Both the position numbers and the translations under genes were made by a program. 64,000 bases of DNA, from the IMG/VR virus record IMGVR_UViG_2687453420_000004. One strand, 5' to 3'. Within the stretch, counting starts at the first letter, position 1. The number at the start of each line of letters is the position of its first letter. A model generated the notes under the pieces. That model was not told where the DNA came from, ran no database searches, and saw nothing but the letters and a program-made list of their open reading frames with translations. The DNA is from an uncultured virus (IMG/VR IMGVR_UViG_2687453420_000004) (taxonomy: Duplodnaviria > Heunggongvirae > Uroviricota > Caudoviricetes). Shown here in pieces: positions 9,950 to 17,879 of this stretch.

Positions 9950-10022
9950 TGGATATAATAAAAATAAGCTAAAATAAAGCACCAATATAAAAACTCCACA
10001 ATAAAAAAGGTATTCCCATAAA
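9950..10022 (+). repeat. Half-unit U4
   Basis: TGGATATAATAAAAAT...CACCAATA...CTCCAC, ending in a different hairpin. Confidence 0.65.
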
Positions 10023-10102
10023 TGAATAGCACCCTGTCAAGTAGACACATTAAAAAATAAAAAATGTTATCTCCAATCATCAAAAAGTGATTGGGGATAT
10101 TT

Positions 10103-11023
10103 TTATACTACCTTTTTTTGTAAGTAATTTCTATATTCTAAAGGGGTCATACAGTTTAAACGTTTTTGATAACGACTAGAATTATAATAATCTATATATT
10201 CTTCAACTGCTTCTCTTAATTCTTCATAAGTGTTAAAAGTCTTTAAATAATACATTTCTGACTTTAGCATACCCCAAAAAGCTTTCATTGGCCCATTATC
10301 AATACATCTTGAAACTCTAGACATACTTTGTGTCATTCCCGCATCGTCCAGTTTCTTTTTAAACATCCTGGATGTATACTGGAATCCTCTATCACTATGA
10401 AATATAGGTTTAGATTCAGGATATTGACCATGAGCTATATCAAATGTTTCAAATACAAGTGCATTATTATTTGAATGTCCGAGCACAAAAGCTACAATAC
10501 TTTTATCGCTAAGATCTAAGATTGCACTAAGATAAGCTTTATTGCTTGCACCATATTTAAATTCAGTTACATCAGTTAACCATTTTTCCCCGAATTTATT
10601 TGTTGTGAATTCTCTACCTAAAACATTTTCGGCAGTTATTTCTGGTATTGATTTTATATAAGTCCGCTTTTTCTTCCTGCATACAGATTTCAAACCAAAT
10701 ATTTGAATTAATCTATAAATACGTTTTCCATTCACGTGAAAATTATTTTCTCTATTAAGCTTTATTGTCATCTGACGATAATCTAAAATACCATTCCTTT
10801 CTTCATATGCATCTTTGATTAATGGTATTAAAGACTTATTAAATTGCTCATTTGCCCCTTCTTTTCTATTAAGCCATTTATAATAAGCAGAACGTGATAT
10901 CTCAGCAATTCTGCATAATTCTGAAATGGTACAATTTTTATTGTTATGTATTTCTTGAATTGCCAAATAAATTGTTTCATTTTGAACTTGGCTTAATATC
11001 GCCCCCTTTCTATCTCTTCCCAT
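10103..11023 (-). CDS. IS3 OrfB DDE transposase (third catalytic residue appears as K)
   Basis: WLTDVT, HSDRGFQY, DNGPMKAFWG. Confidence 0.9.
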   Translation of the reverse strand: MGRDRKGAILSQVQNETIYLAIQEIHNNKNCTISELCRIAEISRSAYYKWLNRKEGANEQFNKSLIPLIKDAYEERNGILDYRQMTIKLNRENNFHVNGKRIYRLIQIFGLKSVCRKKKRTYIKSIPEITAENVLGREFTTNKFGEKWLTDVTEFKYGASNKAYLSAILDLSDKSIVAFVLGHSNNNALVFETFDIAHGQYPESKPIFHSDRGFQYTSRMFKKKLDDAGMTQSMSRVSRCIDNGPMKAFWGMLKSEMYYLKTFNTYEELREAVEEYIDYYNSSRYQKRLNCMTPLEYRNYLQKKVV

Positions 11024-11675
11024 TTTTTAAGAGAATATTTTCTAATTCCACTCTTCGTTTTTCTGCCTTTAAAAGTTTGTTTTCCACACGAAGTCTTTCA
11101 ATTTCGGACATTTCATTCTCTGACTTTTTACAACCTCTTTTATCAATAAGCCCTTCAATTCCTTTTGATTCATATTTTTTAAGCCATGTATAAACCTGTT
11201 GATAAGATACTTTATACTTAATTGCAGTTTCCGTATAATTATTTTCATGTTCTATGCAATATTTAACAATTTCTACTCGTTCTATATATGTAGTTTTACG
11301 CCTTTTAGTCATGATACTATACCCTCCTGTTGTAGAAGATTTTAATTTATCATGACTATTATACTTCATAATCCAGCTTTGGAGTTGAGTACAACTTCTG
11401 ATTTTATATTTTTTACATATATCTAGCTGAGAACCCTTACCATTTAAGTAATCCAAAACTGCTGCTTGTTTCAACTCAGAAGAGTAAGCATAATTTCGGT
11501 TGATTGTTTTTAATCCGTCGACTCCTAATGAATCATATCTAGCAATCCAATTTAAAACAGACCGAGGAGTTACTTCTATTTCTCTTGCAACTTGATGAGC
11601 AGATTTTCCATTTTCTTTTACATCAAGAACGCACTGATAAATAATTTCAAAAGGTGTTTTAGCTTTTCTTCCCAT
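11010..11675 (-). CDS. IS3 OrfA, HTH repeats
   Basis: Repeated HTH (...NWIARYDSLGVDGL, ...TWLKKYESKGIEGL) and coiled-coil end. Confidence 0.9.
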   Translation of the reverse strand: MGRKAKTPFEIIYQCVLDVKENGKSAHQVAREIEVTPRSVLNWIARYDSLGVDGLKTINRNYAYSSELKQAAVLDYLNGKGSQLDICKKYKIRSCTQLQSWIMKYNSHDKLKSSTTGGYSIMTKRRKTTYIERVEIVKYCIEHENNYTETAIKYKVSYQQVYTWLKKYESKGIEGLIDKRGCKKSENEMSEIERLRVENKLLKAEKRRVELENILLKNGKR

Positions 11676-11808
11676 AAAAAATATGCCCTCCTTATATCAA
11701 ACAAGTTTTTATTATTTTACTTGTCTACCTATAAGGGAGCATATCAAAAGGGAGTACCTTTAAAATTAATATCTTATATACTTTTTATTGATTAATTTTT
11801 TCTACACA

Positions 11809-11898
11809 TGGATATAATAAAAACGCCCCAAACACTACACCAACATGTGTAAAAATCTGTATGTAAAAAGAGTCTTAAATAAATGAAATCTCTATTTT
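11809..11898 (+). repeat. Half-unit U5 (degenerate hairpin)
   Basis: TGGATATAATAAAAAC...CACCAAC...AAAAATC. Confidence 0.6.
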
Positions 11899-11911
11899 AT
11901 TTATTAATATT

Positions 11912-13234
11912 TTAGATTTGACTTATATTTACTATTTCAATTATCCAGTTAAGCCAACTTTTTATTGTTTGAGCTCTTCGTTTATACATTTTAGCAGTAT
12001 TTATATTTTTAACTTTATTTTTTTTCATTAATGTTACAATACAATTTATGCTTGGCATTTCTACATTATTTAAATATAATCTCATGACTTCATTAAATAC
12101 TTTATGAGATAATATTAATTTAAATATTTCTAAATATTTTTCAGTACTCCTATTATTTAAAATCTTTCTACCTTTTTCAGATAGCGAAATAGTTCCCAAT
12201 CTAAATTGTCTATCCGCTAATCCAAGATAAGCACATGCATTTGAATAATAATGAGCTTGTCTATTAACAACCCCGATTTCTATACTTATCTGTTCTTTGC
12301 TAATGTAATCTAAATCAGTATAAAGCCTATTTACTATGTACATTATGTTCTCAAATGTATCAGCTTGAGGAAATGGAATGTCATTAGGTTCATCAACTAT
12401 TTTAACTGTGCCCAACATCTTTTTTATATCCTCAAAAGTTATATAAAAATCATCAATCATAAATCTTCTAACTTTTTTTAACTTTAAAGAATTATAACAT
12501 TTTTCATTTTCTACTTCATAAATATAGAAGCTAAAAATATTATTAGAATATGTTAAAAAACACGGAATAACCTCTTTACTAACTCTTTCTTTTATTAACC
12601 TATATGGATAATATAATTGTCTTATTATAAAATCTGTAAAAACATTATTTTTTGCTTCCAATAAGAGTATTTTATTTCTACTTTCAAAAGCCCCATCTAT
12701 TTCACATTGTGCTTTTGAAACATTTATAATATGTTTTTTATTGTTTGAATCACTTATTTCAAAATTAAATTCTCCTGAACTCATTCTTCCATTAAATGTT
12801 GGATATATTTCATTATCCTCTAAAATTATATTAAACATTTTTGACGCATAAGCACAGTTTATAGAATTTGCTTCTGAATAAATATTTTTATAGTCAATTC
12901 CTTCTATCCATTCTGGAAAAGAAAGTCTTTCAATCTGAACATTTGAATTTTCAAAGGATTTATACACCTCAAAATTTCCAATTATATAACTTCCCCGTGT
13001 TATAGGTAAAATAGATAAATTATTTTCTACAAAAATACTAGGCAAACTATCTCTATAATCAAATTTTGTCATTAATCGTGGTTCATGATATTTTTTGATT
13101 TGATTAGCTTGAATTATAAAATATCCTTCTCTTTTTACTGCGGTTAAAATTTGGAGCTCATCAAATATTGAACTCCAAAATTTATCTATTTTTCGTGTTT
13201 TATTGTCATTACCTTTTTTCTTTTCATTCCCCAT
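11912..13234 (-). CDS. Putative type II restriction endonuclease
   Basis: PD-(D/E)xK-like QCEIDG...LLEAK, IRQLYYPYR; directly downstream of the MTase. Confidence 0.7.
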   Translation of the reverse strand: MGNEKKKGNDNKTRKIDKFWSSIFDELQILTAVKREGYFIIQANQIKKYHEPRLMTKFDYRDSLPSIFVENNLSILPITRGSYIIGNFEVYKSFENSNVQIERLSFPEWIEGIDYKNIYSEANSINCAYASKMFNIILEDNEIYPTFNGRMSSGEFNFEISDSNNKKHIINVSKAQCEIDGAFESRNKILLLEAKNNVFTDFIIRQLYYPYRLIKERVSKEVIPCFLTYSNNIFSFYIYEVENEKCYNSLKLKKVRRFMIDDFYITFEDIKKMLGTVKIVDEPNDIPFPQADTFENIMYIVNRLYTDLDYISKEQISIEIGVVNRQAHYYSNACAYLGLADRQFRLGTISLSEKGRKILNNRSTEKYLEIFKLILSHKVFNEVMRLYLNNVEMPSINCIVTLMKKNKVKNINTAKMYKRRAQTIKSWLNWIIEIVNISQI

Positions 13235-13247
13235 TTAATCTTTCCTC

Positions 13248-14081
13248 TTATATCTCATAATTTCTTATTAATACTTCTTCTACTTCTCCTCTTTTATTAG
13301 AATTGCTATTTATAGACCTATTCGCATTAACAACAACAATCTTATAATCGGAATAAAGATTTCTAATAAAACTTGTATTACTATTAGATAAAAGAAACTT
13401 TACTCCTTTTTTATCTAATTTATCACACAAATTTTTTAATCTTATTTGTTCTTTCCTATTAAAACCATTAGCAGTATATCCCGTAAAATTAGAACTATTA
13501 CTAATTGGGTCATATGGTGGATCAAAATAAACAAACGAATTTTTCCCTATTCGCTTTAATGATTCTGAATAATCACCACACTTAATTTCAATATTATTTT
13601 CATTTAGATACTTGTTTACTGCTCTTAAAACAGTCTCATTTAATATATTAGGATTTTTATATCTACCAAACGGTGTATTAAAATATCCTGATGAATTCAC
13701 TCTATAAAGTCCATTATAGCAAGTTTTATTTAAATATAAAAATCTACTAGCTTTTTTCACATTACTCCAATTTTTATATTCTTCTTCTCTATCAATAGCT
13801 CTAATTTCATAATAATAACCTTCTGTTATTTGATGCTTAGATAAGTCTACTAATAATTCTTCCAAATTATCTTTAATAACATTGTAAACATTAATTAATT
13901 CTTCATTCAAATCGTTAATAACAGCTTTTTTAGGTTGCATATGAAAAAGAACTGCTCCTCCACCAATAAATGGCTCATAATATTTATAGGTTCCTTTTGG
14001 TATATATTTTTTTATCTCATCAAGTAATTGTCTTTTTCCACCGACCCACTTTAATACTGGTTGGACTAGCATACTTCTCAC
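13248..14081 (-). CDS. Dam-family (D12 class) N6-adenine DNA methyltransferase
   Basis: LKWVGGKRQL, YYEPFIGGGAV, YFDPPY. Confidence 0.95.
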   Translation of the reverse strand: MRSMLVQPVLKWVGGKRQLLDEIKKYIPKGTYKYYEPFIGGGAVLFHMQPKKAVINDLNEELINVYNVIKDNLEELLVDLSKHQITEGYYYEIRAIDREEEYKNWSNVKKASRFLYLNKTCYNGLYRVNSSGYFNTPFGRYKNPNILNETVLRAVNKYLNENNIEIKCGDYSESLKRIGKNSFVYFDPPYDPISNSSNFTGYTANGFNRKEQIRLKNLCDKLDKKGVKFLLSNSNTSFIRNLYSDYKIVVVNANRSINSNSNKRGEVEEVLIRNYEI

Positions 14082-14148
14082 ATAATCACCTTCTCTGATT
14101 AAATATATTATTTAAAATAATATTATCCTTAAATTTATAACAAGTCAA

Positions 14149-14160
14149 GAACATTAGTTC
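14149..14160. promoter_or_regulatory. LexA/DinR-like box upstream of the MTase-REase operon
   Basis: GAACATTAGTTC (GAAC-N4-GTTC) abutting a TTGACT -35 on the minus strand. Confidence 0.55.
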
Positions 14161-14465
14161 AAATTATACACATATAATCCTGAATTATTATTTTAAATGA
14201 TATCTTTTACGTACTTAATTTCATTATTTTATAATCTTACTATCATTGCAATTAATTATTATAGCATAAAATCAATATTGTAAATAGTATAAAATATAAC
14301 AATTAATTATAAAAAAAATATTTATATACAATTACTTAAGGATTATTTTATAAATATAACAGAATAGAACTAAGCCAAAAACAACTTTAACACATTTTTG
14401 ATGTAAAATAAAAAGCTTTAAATATTAACTTTCTAAATTTTTTTAAGGATTAAAATTAATATACC

Positions 14466-14632
14466 TGGATATAATAAAAATGATCCAATACTACGCTAAC
14501 CTATATATAAATCCACAAAAAAAGAACCCTATTTATTGGGGTTCTTTTTGCTTAAGCAAGGAGGTCTATAATTAACCTATTGGGAAGCCATTATATTTAA
14601 TATTCTATAAATGTTAAATAATTCCTTTAAAT
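14466..14632. repeat. Unit U6
   Basis: Full copy of the convergent unit. Confidence 0.75.
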
Positions 14633-14727
14633 AATAAAAAATAAAAATAGGTAGCCTAATTAAATGCTACCTATTTTTGTTTAAATAATCTTTTTTTATC
14701 TAACAAATTTCTAACTTAATTAATATT

Positions 14728-14976
14728 TTATCTAGGCGGTCCTACCCATGGTTTTGTTTTTGCATCACAACGATTGCACTCTTTCCATAAAGTAGTTCCA
14801 CCAGGTTCAAATCTAGAATATGCCTGCCAATCATGACCTATATAATCACAACATGAATGCTTTTGTCCTGGCATAACCCTAGTATCACATACATTGCAAA
14901 TAAATGCTGCATGAGCAGTAGACACATTTACTCCAATTATCAATGCTGTTAAAAGACCAATTGCAATTTTTTTCAT
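14728..14976 (-). CDS. Secreted Cys/His-rich small protein, paralog A
   Basis: Sec signal ending AHA-A; CxxC...HSCCDYIGHD...CxxC. Confidence 0.8.
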   Translation of the reverse strand: MKKIAIGLLTALIIGVNVSTAHAAFICNVCDTRVMPGQKHSCCDYIGHDWQAYSRFEPGGTTLWKECNRCDAKTKPWVGPPR

Positions 14977-15165
14977 TTAATCTTCCCCCCTTTAAATTAT
15001 TTTATCTGTTAAATCATTTTAACTTAACAGATTCTTATTATATAGTTTCTACTTTTATACAATTTTCCCTTTATAATTTTTCCCAAAAATTCAGACATTT
15101 TACATTGTTTTTCAATAAAATAATACAAAAGGGTACTCCCTATAAAAGAGAGTACCCTTAAAAAT

Positions 15166-15939
15166 TTAATATCTTATATATTTAGCATAAACATAACCTC
15201 CATGTGGTGGATAATAAATGTGTATCCAATCTCCCTCTTTTCTATATAATTGTACTTTTGCCCCATTAGGTAAAGCCCCTAATATTTTAGCGCTTGTAGA
15301 TTTCTTTTCCCTAACATTTACACCACTTGGTGTATTTATTGTACCTGTTTTACCATCTAAATTAATCCAACTACTATTATTTGTAGATGGTTGACTTGGT
15401 GTAGGTGTTACATTTGAAGATACCCCTAACACACCATTTACTATTGCTTTGGCAATTCCATTCATTCCATATTTATTAAGTATAGCTACATCTCCAGAAC
15501 TATCTATAAAACATACTTCTATATAAATTGTTTTGGCTTTAGTTCTTTTAGTTAGTGCTAAAGGTTGGTCTTTAATTCCTCTGTTTCTAAATCCTAAATT
15601 ATTTAACTGTTTTAATACTCTATCTGCTTCTACTAAATATTTACCACTATAAGTATATACCTCTGATCCATAACCACCTACTGTAGTATTAAAATGTATA
15701 CAAATATTTAAATCTGCATTTACTGAATTACATAAAGCTACTTGTTTATTTAAACTTTCTTGCAATGTTGATGCATAATCTAATCTACATATATTGGTTC
15801 TATGTCCTCTACCTCTTAATTCCTTATCTATTTCTCCTACTAATTGCCTTGTTAATACTTCTTCTTTTAATCCATTTATTCCTCTAGTTCCTACATCTCC
15901 ACCACTTAATGTGTGTCCTGGATTTAAATTAAATAACAT
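15166..15939 (-). CDS. Endolysin: Amidase_3 + SH3b
   Basis: NPGH, E, ICIHFN, YIEVCFID; C-terminal VNVREKKS..ILG SH3. Confidence 0.95.
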   Translation of the reverse strand: MLFNLNPGHTLSGGDVGTRGINGLKEEVLTRQLVGEIDKELRGRGHRTNICRLDYASTLQESLNKQVALCNSVNADLNICIHFNTTVGGYGSEVYTYSGKYLVEADRVLKQLNNLGFRNRGIKDQPLALTKRTKAKTIYIEVCFIDSSGDVAILNKYGMNGIAKAIVNGVLGVSSNVTPTPSQPSTNNSSWINLDGKTGTINTPSGVNVREKKSTSAKILGALPNGAKVQLYRKEGDWIHIYYPPHGGYVYAKYIRY

Positions 15940-15983
15940 AAAACATCCCTCCTAATTATTTTAATAATAAAAAAGAACAGGCA

Positions 15984-16178
15984 TTAATCCTGCTCTTTAC
16001 TTTCTTTTACCGCTTGTCTAGCTGAACTTTATCCAAAGTAAAACCCTATTATTAATGTAAATACACTCAAAAATTCTGTACTTGATAAACTACCTTTTGC
16101 ACTTAAAATGCAAAATACTATAGTAGTTAATAATGCTATTATTTTTTTAATCTGTAGAAATTGTTCTAAAAACTTCAT
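15984..16178 (-). pseudogene. Holin-like 64-codon ORF with in-frame TAA at codon 50
   Basis: Two TMs; IIGFYFG*SSARQ (stop at 16029-16031); lies between XhlA and endolysin. Confidence 0.7.
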
Positions 16179-16193
16179 TCTATCACTTCCTTT

Positions 16194-16448
16194 TTACTTA
16201 AATAAATTGTGCTGAATTGCATAAAAAAAGAAGCTTACTAAAGCTCCTAATGTTAATCCTACATACCACTTCATAATACCTACAAGTTGTTTTAATTGGT
16301 CACAAAGATTTTCAATTTTTGCATCTGTTCTAGATTGATTCTGTTCTATTTTATCAATTCTCTTTCCATGATCGTTAAGCCTAATATCATGTACATTTAT
16401 TTTTTCTTCTAATCTTTTATGCTTTTCTTCACAGACTTTTAATTCCAC
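16194..16448 (-). CDS. Hemolysin XhlA-family lysis protein
   Basis: Coiled coil + C-terminal TM; GTG start after GGAGG. Confidence 0.85.
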   Translation of the reverse strand: MELKVCEEKHKRLEEKINVHDIRLNDHGKRIDKIEQNQSRTDAKIENLCDQLKQLVGIMKWYVGLTLGALVSFFFYAIQHNLFK

Positions 16449-16671
16449 ATTACACCTCCAGTAATTAAAAATAGGCAAAATAAAAAGACCTATATGGTCC
16501 TTACTTTGCCTTTATAAATTATTTTGTTGTGTCACATTATTTATCTATTACCAATTATATCCATTTACACTTATAAGCCCTTATTTATAGCCATTTACAA
16601 GTATTTATATCTATAAATACTCACTATTGGGAACTAAAAAAGACACCTTATTAAGTGCCTTCCAGTTCTTA

Positions 16672-17028
16672 TTATATTATTCCTAATTGTTTATTTACTT
16701 CTTTATTTGTCCTATTTGAAGCTTCTAATATTTTTCTATAAAGTAAATTACCAGTGTATCCTTGTTTTAAATATTTATTTTCATAATACTCAAATGGTAA
16801 ATTAGAATTATTAATATTCAAATATGCTGCTAACTCTCTATCTTTCATTAATTTTCTAGCTTGCATTCTATATTTGTTTCTTAATAAATGAGCCTTTATA
16901 GCTTGCTCTTTTATTGCTAATGATTTATCTATTTTATTAACAATGTTTTTATCATGATAAATATACCATTCTCTTACTTTTGGATTACTTAGTTTTCCAA
17001 TTAAATTTTCATATTCTTCAAAATTAAT
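16672..17028 (-). CDS. Moron protein (~118 aa) with probable ATT start
   Basis: Frame open upstream of the annotated ATG to 17043; own TTGACA-17-TATACT promoter at 17108-17080. Confidence 0.55.
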   Translation of the reverse strand: MNFEEYENLIGKLSNPKVREWYIYHDKNIVNKIDKSLAIKEQAIKAHLLRNKYRMQARKLMKDRELAAYLNINNSNLPFEYYENKYLKQGYTGNLLYRKILEASNRTNKEVNKQLGII

Positions 17029-17141
17029 ATCTGTTCTAACCTCTTAAACCCTTCTTTTTAATATTTGCATCATTTATATAGTATATATGATATATGAAAA
17101 TTTGTCAATCTGAAATCAAAAATGTAAATTTTATACACATC

Positions 17142-17297
17142 TTATCCTTCTATAACCCTTTCTTGTTCTTCTTCTATAAACTCTTTCATTTTTGCATTAA
17201 TCCATGTAGACATCCTTATTCCTTTTCTTTCAGCTATCTTACAAAAATTTTTATATATTTCAGGATCTAGTGTAATATTTTTTCTTATAGTTGCCAT
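17142..17297 (-). CDS. Ribbon-helix-helix protein (51 aa)
   Basis: RKNITLDPEIY...STWIN pattern; GGGGG RBS. Confidence 0.7.
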   Translation of the reverse strand: MATIRKNITLDPEIYKNFCKIAERKGIRMSTWINAKMKEFIEEEQERVIEG

Positions 17298-17381
17298 ATG
17301 CAATCCCCCCTATTGGAAATTATACAATACATACTATAAATTATAAATACACACTAATAAGTATAAATGTATATAATTTAT

Positions 17382-17504
17382 CTATTTTGTCTTAATTATA
17401 TCTTCTTTTTCTTCTATAGTTATCCATTTAGCTTTAACAAATATATCTAAATCACTTTCAGTATAAAGTCCCATTACATAATATTCTTTAATATAACTAA
17501 GCAT
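17382..17504 (-). CDS. XkdX-like small protein
   Basis: YIKEYYVMGLYT...FVKAKWITIEEKEDI. Confidence 0.8.
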   Translation of the reverse strand: MLSYIKEYYVMGLYTESDLDIFVKAKWITIEEKEDIIKTK

Positions 17505-17865
17505 TTGCATTACCTCCTAATTGTGCTATTTTTAATAATAAATCTGCATTTAATTCTTTCTGTTTATTTAATTCTATTTGTATCTTTGCATTATCTTTCA
17601 GTAATTTTGCATTTAATTCTGCTTGTTGTTTTTGTTGCTCTAATTCTTCTTTAGTTTCTTCTTTTATACATATTTCATATGACTGTTCCTTTGTTAATGG
17701 ATTTACATAATGTACTGCACATTCATTTTCTTTTAATTTTGGTTTTGGTAAAATATCGTCTACTACTATTCCACCTGTTTTGTCTTTAACCATGTCTGGG
17801 AAATTGTGTATTGTATAAACTCTAGCCTTATTTTCTGTTATTTTTTCTATCCATAATAATTTCAT
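17497..17865 (-). CDS. Tail fibre assembly / XkdW-like protein
   Basis: Position between the fibre gene and XkdX; C-terminal coiled coil. Confidence 0.55.
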   Translation of the reverse strand: MKLLWIEKITENKARVYTIHNFPDMVKDKTGGIVVDDILPKPKLKENECAVHYVNPLTKEQSYEICIKEETKEELEQQKQQAELNAKLLKDNAKIQIELNKQKELNADLLLKIAQLGGNANA

Positions 17866-17879
17866 TTTTCCTCACCATC

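Larger units (their letters stand above)
10023..11746 (-). mobile_element. IS3-family (IS150-like) insertion sequence, 1724 bp
   Basis: TG..CA ends; imperfect IRs TGAATAGCACCCTGTCAAGTAGACA / TGATATGCTCCCTTATAGGTAGACA; AAA flanks at 10020-22 and 11747-49. Confidence 0.92.

Noticed and set aside
6491..14632. CRISPR array or solitary CRISPR repeats
   Set aside because: Units are dispersed and ~160 bp, built from promoter and terminator motifs; there is no regular repeat-spacer period and no cas gene.
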